A DNA stretch of 64,000 nt, taken from contig CALGLP010000022.1 of the NCBI GenBank assembly GCA_937930175.1, positions 2,585 through 66,584 of the forward strand, written 5' to 3'. This DNA comes from an uncultured bacterium (GTDB lineage Bacteria > Omnitrophota > Gorgyraeia > Zapsychrales > Aceulaceae). Every line of letters starts with the position of its first letter. Within the stretch, counting starts at the first letter, position 1. The notes beneath the pieces are model-generated. The model saw only the letters and a program-made list of their open reading frames with translations, was not told where the DNA came from and searched no databases. A program made the position numbers and the translations under genes. Below are positions 9,440-18,268 of this stretch, one piece after another.

Positions 9440-10570
9440 ATGATCAATAATCTTATTTGCCAAGAGTGTCCTAACGGTTGTTCCCTCATTGTGGAATGGA
9501 GCGATGAATTTCATGCTGTGATTGCTGGCAATCAATGTAGCCGAGGCGTCGGGTACGTTGGTCGGATTTTACGACAGGATAAGAAAATTTACGTTCTTTC
9601 TAAGGAAAAGATGCCAAGCTTTAGCACAGCTGCTCTTCAAGATATTGCGCTTTTGTGGGGAATCAAAGTGGCAGGGGCGCGATATGATATTTCTGTTCAA
9701 GGCAGCCCTGAGCGCAGCGCCTTTCGTGTGGTTGTGGAAGATGAGGAGAAAAAGCTTTTTGTCATGGAACAGCTTTTGCTTAAGAGTCTGGCAATTAAAA
9801 AGAATATTGCGAGAACTTTAGAGTTTTTGTCAGAGCGTAAACTTAGGCAGGTCAAGCCGTATATCCCAAACGCGCAAGGCGAGGCTATTGTTAAATATAA
9901 AAGTAGTTTCTGGCAGATCATGCCATTTATTTCCGGCGTTGAGCTTGATCGAGCGAAATATATGGATGATGCATGGCGCGGCCCTGTTTTGGCCAAGTTT
10001 TTAATTGATTTGCGAGAAAAATCTAAAGATATTCCTTTCTTTAATCCTCAAAGAAGTTTTTCCCTTAAAGACTATATCGATCGTTTAGTTGGCCATGTCA
10101 AAATGTATAAGACTTCTCTTCGAGAGGAAGTTGTCGGCGTTATGGATTTTCTTGAGAAGGAATTCATGCCCTCTTACGCAAAGCTGCCAGTTGCTTTTTG
10201 TCATGGGGATTATCACCCGATGAATATTATTTGGTCAGAAGATGACATCCATTGCGTGATTGATTGGGAATTTACAGGATATAAGAGTGAAATTTATGAT
10301 GTGGCCAATCTTATTGGTTGCGTTGGAGTTGAAGACCCTTTAGCCTTGACAGGGGAATTTATACAAAGTTTTATTGCGGCTATGCAAAAGGCAAGAATCA
10401 TTTCAGATGTCAGCTGGGATTGTTTAGTCCAGTTTATTGTGGCGCTCCGCTTTGCTTGGCTATCGGAATGGCTGAGGCGTCGTGATGAAGAAATGATTAC
10501 CCTTGAGATGGATTATATGCGTTTGCTGATGGAAAACAAAAAAGCGCTGCGTGAGTCTTGGCAACTGTAG
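9440..10570 (+). CDS. Fusion: N-terminal Cys-rich DUF1667-like domain + aminoglycoside-phosphotransferase/choline-kinase-like (APH) kinase domain
   Basis: N-terminus CQECPNGCSLIV...GNQCSRGVGY (DUF1667-like CxxCPxGC...GNxCxRG). C-terminus has APH catalytic motifs FCHGDYHPMNII and VIDWEF. Confidence 0.6.
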   Translation: MINNLICQECPNGCSLIVEWSDEFHAVIAGNQCSRGVGYVGRILRQDKKIYVLSKEKMPSFSTAALQDIALLWGIKVAGARYDISVQGSPERSAFRVVVEDEEKKLFVMEQLLLKSLAIKKNIARTLEFLSERKLRQVKPYIPNAQGEAIVKYKSSFWQIMPFISGVELDRAKYMDDAWRGPVLAKFLIDLREKSKDIPFFNPQRSFSLKDYIDRLVGHVKMYKTSLREEVVGVMDFLEKEFMPSYAKLPVAFCHGDYHPMNIIWSEDDIHCVIDWEFTGYKSEIYDVANLIGCVGVEDPLALTGEFIQSFIAAMQKARIISDVSWDCLVQFIVALRFAWLSEWLRRRDEEMITLEMDYMRLLMENKKALRESWQL

Positions 10571-10627
10571 GCTAAGGACAAATTAATTAAGCGCGTCGTC
10601 AAAAGTGTGGTAAAATGATTCACTTTT

Positions 10628-10897
10628 ATGGGGAAAAAGATGTCTTTAGGTCATGAGCGTATGAAAAAAATACCATTATCTCAAATCAAGGAAGCACAAA
10701 AAGTTTTTGTCTCTGATATTGACGGGGGGAGTATTTTTGTTAACCGTATGATGAGCTTGGGTATTTATCAAGGCCGAGAAATTGCTGTGCTGAGCCGTTT
10801 AGCATTAAGAGGCCCAACTGTTGTGAAGGTGGGGCGTTCGACCTTTGCCCTGGGCCGTAGCATGGCGGCAAAGATTTTAGTTGAGATCAAATCATGA
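10628..10897 (+). CDS. feoA: FeoA ferrous iron transport protein A
   Basis: FeoA SH3-like domain (KVFVSDIDGGSIFVNRMMSLGIYQGREIAV). Internal ATG at 10661 (MKKIPLS) is an alternative start. The 3' end overlaps the feoB start (ATGA). Confidence 0.8.
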   Translation: MGKKMSLGHERMKKIPLSQIKEAQKVFVSDIDGGSIFVNRMMSLGIYQGREIAVLSRLALRGPTVVKVGRSTFALGRSMAAKILVEIKS

Positions 10898-12624
10898 AAA
10901 AACTTTTTCTGATCGGCAACCCTAACGTTGGCAAAAGCACTGTTTTTTCACGGTTAACAGGCGTGGATGTTGTTTCATCGAATTATCCTGGCACAACCAT
11001 TGAGATTGCTAAGGGACAGTTGATCTTTGAAGGCGAGACCTGGGATGTGATTGACTTGCCTGGCATCTATTCTCTCGAGGCTGGATCAAAAGCGGAAGAG
11101 GTAGCTCTGTCTTTGTTGCGAGAGACCCCCAAGGAAGACATGGTGGTCTTGGACGTGATTGACTCGACTAACCTCGAGCGTAATCTTTATCTGACGTTTC
11201 AGCTTCTCGAGGCTCAATTTCCTGTTGTTGTCTGTCTTAATATGCATGATGATGGCATTCATCGTGGGATTACTATTGATGAAAAAGCTTTGGAAAAAAT
11301 CCTTGGTGTTGTGTGTGTGTCGACATGCGCGATCACAGGGTCTGGCATTAAAAGACTGATCGCTCAGCTTAAAGATGTCCGGATGGCGTTTCGTGAGCCT
11401 TTGGATCACCAAGGCCGCTGGCAGAGCATTGGTCAAGCCGTGGCATTCGCGCAAACCCTTGCGCACCGTCATCATAGCCTTCGAGAACATTTAGAAGATG
11501 CTTCGGTGCATCCATTTTCTGGCGCCGTGATCGCGATGAGCGTTCTTGTGTTGAGTTTTTGGGTTGTGCGCACCATCGGAGAATTTCTTGTCACGCGCGT
11601 GGCCGATCCTATTTTCTTTTTGTTTTACAAGCCTTTTTTAAATAAAATTAGTATTATTTTAGGGCCCGAGACGCTTTGGCATCATCTTTTGATTGGGGAT
11701 TTTGTGGGTGGGCAAATTGATTTTAAGCAATCGTTGGGGCTCTTGACAACAGCGCCATATATTGAATTTGCCATGGTCTTGCCCTATATTGTTTCGTTCT
11801 ATTTTGTTTTGAGCTTGCTTGAAGATATTGGCTTTCTTCCTCGTCTAGCGATGTTGCTCGATGGCCTTCTTCATCGTCTTGGACTCCATGGCTTCTCCAT
11901 TGTTCCTGTCTTTCTTGGGATCGGATGCAACGTCCCAGGAATCTTGTCTACACGTACGCTTGAATCACGACGTGAGCGCTTTATTGCGGCCACCTTGATC
12001 TCGATTGGCGTGCCGTGTGTGCCCCTGCAGGCCATGATCTTTGGCGTGATGGGGCAGTTTTCTGGTTTTTATGTCTTAGGCGTGTATTTGGTTTTATTCG
12101 CGGTGTGGCTTATTTTGGGATTAATGCTTAACCGCGTTATGAAAGGTTATAGTCCTGAGCTTTTGGTTGAGATTCCAAGCTATCGTATTCCTGACCTTAA
12201 GGCCTTGATCCAGAAACTATGGACGCGTGTGAAAGGATTTATCGTCGAGGCTATGCCGGTTGTGCTTGCGGGTGTTTTTGTAGTCAATGCTATGCTTTAT
12301 TTTCATTGGCTTGATGTTGCCACGTCATTTCTCGCGCCATTGATGAATAAGATCTTTGGCTTGCCTAAAGAAGCAGCCGTGGCCTTGGTTGTTGGTTTTT
12401 TCCGTAAGGATGTAGCGGTGGGGCTTCTCTTGCCGCTTGGACTTTCCATAAAGCAGTTTTTTATTGCGACGGTTCTTTTGGCCATTTCGTTTCCGTGTAT
12501 TGCGACCTTTGTCATTCTTTTGCGCGAGCTTGGGCTTAAAGACTTTTTAAAGTCTGTTGCGATCATGCTGGCTACAGGCTTGATCGTTGGGGCGTTGCTT
12601 AACGTTGCGATTGTTTCCATTTAG
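10894..12624 (+). CDS. feoB: FeoB ferrous iron transporter, GTPase + membrane domain
   Basis: N-terminal G-domain LFLIGNPNVGKSTVFSRLTG and DLPGIYSL, followed by a polytopic membrane domain. Translationally coupled to feoA. Confidence 0.9.
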   Translation: MKKLFLIGNPNVGKSTVFSRLTGVDVVSSNYPGTTIEIAKGQLIFEGETWDVIDLPGIYSLEAGSKAEEVALSLLRETPKEDMVVLDVIDSTNLERNLYLTFQLLEAQFPVVVCLNMHDDGIHRGITIDEKALEKILGVVCVSTCAITGSGIKRLIAQLKDVRMAFREPLDHQGRWQSIGQAVAFAQTLAHRHHSLREHLEDASVHPFSGAVIAMSVLVLSFWVVRTIGEFLVTRVADPIFFLFYKPFLNKISIILGPETLWHHLLIGDFVGGQIDFKQSLGLLTTAPYIEFAMVLPYIVSFYFVLSLLEDIGFLPRLAMLLDGLLHRLGLHGFSIVPVFLGIGCNVPGILSTRTLESRRERFIAATLISIGVPCVPLQAMIFGVMGQFSGFYVLGVYLVLFAVWLILGLMLNRVMKGYSPELLVEIPSYRIPDLKALIQKLWTRVKGFIVEAMPVVLAGVFVVNAMLYFHWLDVATSFLAPLMNKIFGLPKEAAVALVVGFFRKDVAVGLLLPLGLSIKQFFIATVLLAISFPCIATFVILLRELGLKDFLKSVAIMLATGLIVGALLNVAIVSI

Positions 12625-12642
12625 GTATAAAGGGCGGTTAGG

Positions 12643-13764
12643 GTGAATTGGTTGAGGATGACTTTTATGGAGCAGAGATGGTTATTAAAGAAATATTTTA
12701 ATCTTATTATTTGTTTTTTGATGGGGGTGACGATGACAGCTAGCGTTTTAGCGCAAGACAAACAACAAAAAGCAACCTTTGCCGGCGGATGTTTTTGGTG
12801 CATGGAAGAGCCTTTCGAAAGTCTTGAGGGGGTTGTGTCGGTCATGGCAGGTTATGAGGGAGGTAAAAAAGAAAATCCTTCTTATGAAGAGGTTTCAACT
12901 GGGGCAACTGGTCATCGTGAGGCGATCGAGATCGTCTTTGACCCATCGCGCGTTAGCTATGAGGAACTTCTTGATGTCTTTTGGAAAAGCGTTGACCCGA
13001 CCGACTCAAGCGGCCAATTTGCCGATCAAGGGAGCCAATACAAAACAGCTATCTTTTATCACAACGACGAGCAAAAGGTTTTAGCAGAGCGCTCCAAGCA
13101 GGCGCTTCAAGACGCGAAGATTTTTGCAAGGCCGATTGCCGTTGACATTCTTCCTGCCGAAAAGTTTTATCCTGCTGAAAGCTACCATCAAGATTATTAC
13201 AAGACAAATGCGTTGCATTATCAAGCTTATAAAAAAGGCTCAGGCCGAGCAGATTTCTTAAAGAAGACCTGGAAGGGTAGGGAAGATATCCCAATCTGTC
13301 CTATACGCTCTAGCCCAAAGGCAGCTTATGCCAAGCCTAATGCTAGCGCAATCAAGGCAAAGCTTAGCGCTAAGCAATATCACGTGACCCAAGAATGTGG
13401 TACCGAGGTCCCTTTTGCCAATGAATATTGGAACAATAAGCGAGATGGCATTTATGTTGATGTGGTTTCTGGCGAGCCGCTTTTTCTTTCGCTTGATAAA
13501 TTTGATTCTGGCACAGGATGGCCAAGTTTTACCAAGCCCTTAGAACCAGCCAATATTGTTGAGAAAAAAGATCAAGCGCTTGGCATGACCCGCACTGAAG
13601 TTCGCAGTAAAAACGCGGATTCGCATCTGGGCCATGTTTTTAACGATGGGCCACAGCCCACTGGAGAGCGTTATTGCATCAATTCCGCCGCGCTTCGTTT
13701 TATTCCTAAAGAGGATTTGGAAATAGAAGGGTATGGGCAATATTTAAGATATTTTGCTAAGTGA
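12643..13764 (+). CDS. msrAB: Bifunctional peptide methionine sulfoxide reductase MsrA/MsrB, secreted
   Basis: MsrA motif [12 protein letters not shown]. MsrB zinc/active-site region [10 protein letters not shown]...RYCINSAAL. Signal peptide present. Start (GTG 12643 vs ATG 12664) uncertain. Confidence 0.88.
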   Translation: MNWLRMTFMEQRWLLKKYFNLIICFLMGVTMTASVLAQDKQQKATFAGGCFWCMEEPFESLEGVVSVMAGYEGGKKENPSYEEVSTGATGHREAIEIVFDPSRVSYEELLDVFWKSVDPTDSSGQFADQGSQYKTAIFYHNDEQKVLAERSKQALQDAKIFARPIAVDILPAEKFYPAESYHQDYYKTNALHYQAYKKGSGRADFLKKTWKGREDIPICPIRSSPKAAYAKPNASAIKAKLSAKQYHVTQECGTEVPFANEYWNNKRDGIYVDVVSGEPLFLSLDKFDSGTGWPSFTKPLEPANIVEKKDQALGMTRTEVRSKNADSHLGHVFNDGPQPTGERYCINSAALRFIPKEDLEIEGYGQYLRYFAK

Positions 13765-13767
13765 TAT

Positions 13768-14082
13768 ATGAAGAAGAAAGCAAAAAGGAAAAAGGCTAAG
13801 GGTGTAAAGAGGGTTAATAAGAAATCGATTGGCGATTGGAAAGTTTATATTCTTGAAACGGATAAACATCAGCTCTATACCGGTATCACGAACAATCTTG
13901 AGCATAGGCTTGCAACGCATAAAAAAGGCAAAGGCGCTCTTTTTACAAAATTTTTCGGTGTGAAGGAGCTTTTATATACAGAAAATTATCCTACGCGTTC
14001 GGCAGCGCTTATTCGTGAGCATGAAATTAAAACCTGGCCTCGCAGTAAAAAGGTTGAGCTCATTCAAACAAAAAATAATTAA
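13768..14082 (+). CDS. GIY-YIG nuclease family protein (UPF0213/YhbQ-like) with Lys-rich N-terminal tail
   Basis: GIY-YIG core YILETDKHQLYTGITNNLEHRLATHKKGKG. N-terminus MKKKAKRKKAKGVKR. Confidence 0.75.
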   Translation: MKKKAKRKKAKGVKRVNKKSIGDWKVYILETDKHQLYTGITNNLEHRLATHKKGKGALFTKFFGVKELLYTENYPTRSAALIREHEIKTWPRSKKVELIQTKNN

Positions 14083-14094
14083 GGAGAGTCCGCT

Positions 14095-14295
14095 ATGCCC
14101 GTTGTCATTATCGAAGGACCGCATCTGGAATTGGATGTCAAGAGAGTGCTTGTCAAGGACGTAACTGATGCTTTAGAGAAGGCCTACACCTTTCCTCGCC
14201 CTGCTTATGGGATTATTATCAAAGAGAATGCTTCGGAAAATGTCGCTAACGGCGGGGAGTTGGTCTTTGATCGCAAGAACAAACAAAGGTCTTGA
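14095..14295 (+). CDS. 4-oxalocrotonate tautomerase family protein
   Basis: 66 aa beginning MPVVIIEG (catalytic Pro1). AAGGAG RBS 8 nt upstream. Confidence 0.75.
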   Translation: MPVVIIEGPHLELDVKRVLVKDVTDALEKAYTFPRPAYGIIIKENASENVANGGELVFDRKNKQRS

Positions 14296-14339
14296 GCGTG
14301 CCTAATTTTTAGGCAGAAATCCCGTTGGTTCTTAAGAAA

Positions 14340-14690
14340 TATTACTGAACAGCTTCTTGCTTAAGCGGGGCGTGCTGACATTATCCTTCGCTCACACACC
14401 CTAGCCCCCAGATTTGACTAAAAAGGAACGAAGAAGATCTGAGGGCTAGGAAACTCGCGAGAGGACAATGCCAGCACGCCTTTCAAGCTTCGGTGATCTT
14501 TTAATCAAGACTGTTGCCAAAAAAATGTTCGAGATTGTCTTGCTTCGAGAAGGACGTTGGGCAGGCTTCGCGGGCATGGTCTTTGCCCTGTCTTTGGGCA
14601 AAGGAGCGAAGCCGAACATCGAGCGAAATGTTCCACGCTGGGGAACATAAGCGCTCCTGCGAAAAGAAGACAATCTCGAAAAACAAGTTA
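14340..14690 (-). ncRNA. Candidate structured non-coding RNA (class unidentified), probably transcribed from the minus strand
   Basis: Long GC-richer non-coding gap between the tautomerase gene and carB. Nested helices: 18-bp 14370-14387/14463-14480 and 13-bp 14400-14412/14437-14449, whose only three mismatches (A-C, A-C, C-A on plus) all become G-U wobbles on the minus strand. Further helices: 14-bp 14529-14542/14666-14679, 8-bp 14564-14571/14605-14612, and competing hairpins GAACAT/ATGTTCC/GGAACAT at 14613-14648. Overlapping short ORFs on both strands, none with RBS. No RNase P, tmRNA or SRP signature motifs seen. Confidence 0.4.
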
Positions 14691-14774
14691 GTGTTAATTA
14701 TGAACCAACAAATCAGTTTTTAGGATCGCTCTGTAATATTTGATATGGCCCAATGCGAAATCAATTTTTTAAAT

Positions 14775-14802
14775 TTGTACCCTTTTTATTTTATGCTACA
14801 AT
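14775..14802 (+). promoter_or_regulatory. Putative sigma70 promoter (TTGTAC-16 nt-TACAAT) driving a ~215-nt carB leader
   Basis: -35 TTGTAC at 14775-14780, -10 TACAAT at 14797-14802. The inverted-repeat element copy 1 lies just downstream, before the carB start at 15028. Confidence 0.4.
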
Positions 14803-14833
14803 GCTTCAAATTGAAATTGGAGTACAGAAGAGT

Positions 14834-14943
14834 GCACCCCGTTAGAGAATTGCATACTAATGGTTTTTTTATAAAGGGTAAAGATATCGCCAGCCATGCA
14901 GATCTATCAACGTTATTATCGGCACTCTTCTCTAACGGGGTGC
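14834..14943. repeat. Inverted-repeat element copy 1: perfect 16-bp terminal inverted repeats GCACCCCGTTAGAGAA / TTCTCTAACGGGGTGC enclosing 78 nt, in the carB leader
   Basis: Arms read directly at 14834-14849 and 14928-14943. A second copy with the same 14-15-nt arms is at 56343-56458. Confidence 0.7.
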
Positions 14944-15027
14944 AAGCTGTAAAGCCTTCCCAAAACCTACAACGTCGTGATCAAATAAAAATCATTCTTC
15001 AATTCTTTTTTACAAGAAAGGGTTTCT

Positions 15028-18000
15028 ATGCCAAGGCGTAATGACATTCATAAGATTCTTATTATTGGTTCTGGTCCGATTATCATTGGCCAGGCATGTG
15101 AGTTTGATTATTCTGGCACGCAGGCCTGCAAAGCGCTTCGTAAAGAAGGCTACGAGGTTGTTCTTGTCAATTCTAACCCAGCCACCATTATGACAGATCC
15201 CGAGATGGCGGATAAAACTTATATTGAGCCTTTAACTCTTGAATCTTTAGAGCGCATTATTGCTAAAGAGAGGCCTGATGCGTTGTTGCCTAACTTGGGA
15301 GGGCAAACGGGGCTTAATTTGTCGTCGGGATTATATAAGGCAGGCATTTTGGAGAAATATGGAGTTCAGATCATTGGTGTCAAGGCCGATGCGATTGAAC
15401 GGGGCGAAGATCGCGAGATTTTTAAAGCAACTATGAAGCGGCTTGGTATTCCTGTGCCTCAATCAGAGATCGCTGAGTCTGTGGAAGCTTCAGAAGCTAT
15501 TGCCCAGAGCCTTGGATATCCTGTCGTTATCCGCCCAGCTTATACTATGGGGGGCACAGGCGGCGGGATTGCTTATAACGTTGAAGAATTGCGCGCTATT
15601 GCCTTGCGTGGGCTTACCGTGAGCATTGCCCACCAGGTCTTGATCGAGGAAGCGGTCGTGGGCTGGGAAGAGCTTGAGCTTGAAGTGGTGCGCGATGAAA
15701 AGAATCAAAAGATCACCGTATGTTTTATTGAAAATATTGATGCTATGGGTGTGCACACCGGCGATAGTTTCTGTGCCGCGCCTATGTTGACAGTGCCCGT
15801 TGAACTTCAAAAGAAGATGCAGGATTTTTCGTATAAGATCGTTGATGCCATTGGCGTGGTGGGTGGGACCAATGTCCAATTTGCCCACAATAAAAAAGAT
15901 GGCCGTCTAGTTGTTATTGAAATTAATCCCCGCACCTCACGCTCCTCAGCGCTTGCATCCAAAGCCACAGGATTTCCTATCGCCATGGTCTCGACGCGTC
16001 TGGCTGCAGGATTTACCATGGATGAAATTCCTTATTGGCGCAATGGAACGCTGGAAAAGTATACGCCCAGCGGCGATTATGTGGTGATCAAGTTTGCGCG
16101 ATGGGCTTTTGAAAAATTTCCCCAAGCCAAGGATATTTTAGGAACGCAGATGAAGGCTGTTGGGGAAGTCATGAGTATTGGCAAGACATTTAAAGAGGCC
16201 TTCCAAAAGGCCATTCGTTCGCTTGAAACAAGCCGCTATGGTTTGGGCGGGGCGAAGAACTTTAAAACTCTTTCCGTAGAGCAATTGCGTGAAAAGCTTC
16301 GCAACCCATCGAGTGAACGCATTTTCTTGATGTACGAAGCCTTGCGTCAAGGCCTTGGCGTGGCAGAGCTTCATGCCATGACGCACATTGGCGAATGGTT
16401 TATTAAGGAAATGAAAGATTTGGTGGATTTTGAAGAGGCCATGATCAAAACGTCTTGGGCCAAGCTTTCCGATCAAGATTTTATCAAGGCCAAGGAGTGG
16501 GGATTTTCAGATAGATATCTGGCGGGCTTGTTTGGGGTCAATGAAAAAGATGTGCGCGCCAGACGCTTAAAGCTTGGCAAGATCGCGCGTTACGAAGCTG
16601 TGCCTGTGAGCGGAGTTCAAAATGCCGCGTATTATTATTCAACGTATAGCCCGGGCAAAGACGAGGTCAAGGTTTCAAACAAAAAGAAGATCATGATCTT
16701 AGGCGGTGGCCCAAACCGTATTGGACAGGGGATTGAGTTTGATTATACTTGCGTGCACGCTGCCTTTGCGTTGCGTGAGGCAGGGTACGAAACGATCATG
16801 ATCAATTGTAATCCAGAAACAGTCTCAACCGATTACGATACTTCGGATAAGCTTTATTTTGAGCCGTTAACCGTCGAGGATGTTTTAACAATTTATGAAA
16901 AAGAAAAGCCCGAGGGCGTGATCGTGCAGTTTGGCGGACAAACCCCGCTTAACATCGCAGACCAGCTTAAAGAAAATGGGGTCAAGATTTTAGGTACAAC
17001 GCCGGAAAGCATTGCTTTTGCTGAAGACCGTGAACTCTTCCGTCAGAAAATGATTGACCTTAATATTTTACAGCCAGAGAGTGGCACTGCGCGATCGCTT
17101 GAGGAAGCGTTAGCGATTGCTCAAAAGATCGGCTATCCGTTAATGGTGCGGCCGTCGTTTGTTTTGGGTGGACGCGGCATGGAAATTATTTATGATGAAG
17201 GAATGCTTAAGAAATATGCCATTGAGGCGATCAAGGTGAGCCCCGAACATCCGATGTTGATTGACCGCTTTCTTGAACAAGCCCTGGAATGCGAAGTCGA
17301 TGCCCTTTGTGATGGCAGCGAGACCTTTATTCCGACGGTAATGGAGCATATTGAGTGGGCTGGGGTGCATTCAGGGGATTCCGCGTGTTCAATCCCAAGC
17401 CGCAATATTAGCAATAAGCATTTAGAAGAAATCAAGAAATTTACTGCCATTATTGCCAAAGAGTTAAAGGTTGTCGGGATCATTAATATTCAGTATGCGA
17501 TTTGTCACGATAAGCTTTACATTTTGGAGGCCAATCCGCGGGCCTCGCGCACCGTGCCGATTGTCTCCAAGGTCATGGGGGTTCCCATTGCGCGTATTGC
17601 GACATTCTTAATGTTGGGCAAGAAATTAAAAGACTTTCCGGAAATTAAAAAGATTAAAGCTGTGTTTGTTGGCGTGAAAGAAGCCGTGTTTCCTTTTAAT
17701 ATGTTTCCCGAAGTGGATCCGCTCTTGGGCCCAGAGATGCGTGCCACCGGCGAGGTTATGGGCATTGGCGATACCTTTGGGGCTGCGTTTGCCAAGGCCC
17801 AAGAAGCCGTTGGCTCGAAGCTTCCTTGGGCAGGAACTGTACTTTTGACGATAGCGGAAAAAGACAAGAAATTGCTTTTGTCCATTGCGCGGGAACTTAG
17901 TCGGCTTGGATTTAAGATCCGCGCCACCACAGGGACCAGTGCGTTTTTGGATAAAAATCATATTGTCAACACGCGCATTCAGAAGCTTCATGAAGGCCGT

Positions 18001-18234
18001 CCCAATATCGCGGATGCCATCAAGAATAATGAATTGCAATTGATCATCAATACACCGATTGGCCGCGATAGTAAGCATGATGATAGCTATGTGCGCATGA
18101 TGGCGATTCAGCGCAAAATTCCGTATGTGACATCTATGGCCGCGGCTCAGGCCACGGTTGAGGGGATCGCGGCGATGAAAAAAGGCGATCAAGCGCCAAA
18201 ATCATTACAAGAGCATCATAAGGGTTTAGCTTAA
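15028..18234 (+). CDS. carB: Carbamoyl-phosphate synthase large subunit
   Basis: 1068 aa. N-terminus MPRRNDIHKILIIGSGPIIIGQACEFDYSGTQACKALRKEGYEVVLVNSNPATIMTD, duplicated ATP-grasp halves, C-terminal MGS-like domain. No carA adjacent. Confidence 0.97.
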   Translation: MPRRNDIHKILIIGSGPIIIGQACEFDYSGTQACKALRKEGYEVVLVNSNPATIMTDPEMADKTYIEPLTLESLERIIAKERPDALLPNLGGQTGLNLSSGLYKAGILEKYGVQIIGVKADAIERGEDREIFKATMKRLGIPVPQSEIAESVEASEAIAQSLGYPVVIRPAYTMGGTGGGIAYNVEELRAIALRGLTVSIAHQVLIEEAVVGWEELELEVVRDEKNQKITVCFIENIDAMGVHTGDSFCAAPMLTVPVELQKKMQDFSYKIVDAIGVVGGTNVQFAHNKKDGRLVVIEINPRTSRSSALASKATGFPIAMVSTRLAAGFTMDEIPYWRNGTLEKYTPSGDYVVIKFARWAFEKFPQAKDILGTQMKAVGEVMSIGKTFKEAFQKAIRSLETSRYGLGGAKNFKTLSVEQLREKLRNPSSERIFLMYEALRQGLGVAELHAMTHIGEWFIKEMKDLVDFEEAMIKTSWAKLSDQDFIKAKEWGFSDRYLAGLFGVNEKDVRARRLKLGKIARYEAVPVSGVQNAAYYYSTYSPGKDEVKVSNKKKIMILGGGPNRIGQGIEFDYTCVHAAFALREAGYETIMINCNPETVSTDYDTSDKLYFEPLTVEDVLTIYEKEKPEGVIVQFGGQTPLNIADQLKENGVKILGTTPESIAFAEDRELFRQKMIDLNILQPESGTARSLEEALAIAQKIGYPLMVRPSFVLGGRGMEIIYDEGMLKKYAIEAIKVSPEHPMLIDRFLEQALECEVDALCDGSETFIPTVMEHIEWAGVHSGDSACSIPSRNISNKHLEEIKKFTAIIAKELKVVGIINIQYAICHDKLYILEANPRASRTVPIVSKVMGVPIARIATFLMLGKKLKDFPEIKKIKAVFVGVKEAVFPFNMFPEVDPLLGPEMRATGEVMGIGDTFGAAFAKAQEAVGSKLPWAGTVLLTIAEKDKKLLLSIARELSRLGFKIRATTGTSAFLDKNHIVNTRIQKLHEGRPNIADAIKNNELQLIINTPIGRDSKHDDSYVRMMAIQRKIPYVTSMAAAQATVEGIAAMKKGDQAPKSLQEHHKGLA

Positions 18235-18268
18235 TTGTGAAGGGCATTGGTCAGGACAGGGGGAGGAG

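Noticed and set aside
14468-14650. Possible degenerate carA remnant (GFAGMVFALSLGKGAKPNI vs CarA GICLGHQLLALAxGAK)
   Set aside because: Only about 6 of 17 residues match, the catalytic Cys and His are absent, and the match sits inside nested RNA-like helices, so it is likely coincidence.
14340-14690. RNase P RNA, tmRNA, SRP RNA or cobalamin riboswitch identity for the structured region
   Set aside because: Searched by eye on both strands for GGAAAGUCCGG / ACAGAACCCGGCUUA (RNase P), GGUUCGAUUCC and a tag-peptide frame (tmRNA), the GGAAGCAGC domain IV (SRP), and the B12 box. None found.
14446-14723. Several 60-75-aa ORFs on both strands in the pre-carB gap
   Set aside because: Mutually overlapping, no RBS, located in a densely base-paired GC-richer region. 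Better explained as structured RNA than as coding.
14834-14943. Integron attC site interpretation of the inverted-repeat element
   Set aside because: Arms approximate but do not satisfy the RYYYAAC/GTTRRRY cores. No intI, no cassette array, and only two widely separated copies in gene leaders.
14745-15041. 98-aa ORF spanning inverted-repeat element copy 1 and overlapping the carB start
   Set aside because: Its start lies upstream of or within the predicted promoter, it has no RBS, and it shares with the copy-2 ORF only the peptides encoded by the inverted-repeat arms. Conservation is at nucleotide level, not protein level.
17626-18192. 188-aa and 137-aa minus-strand ORFs inside carB
   Set aside because: Antisense to a highly conserved gene, therefore spurious.
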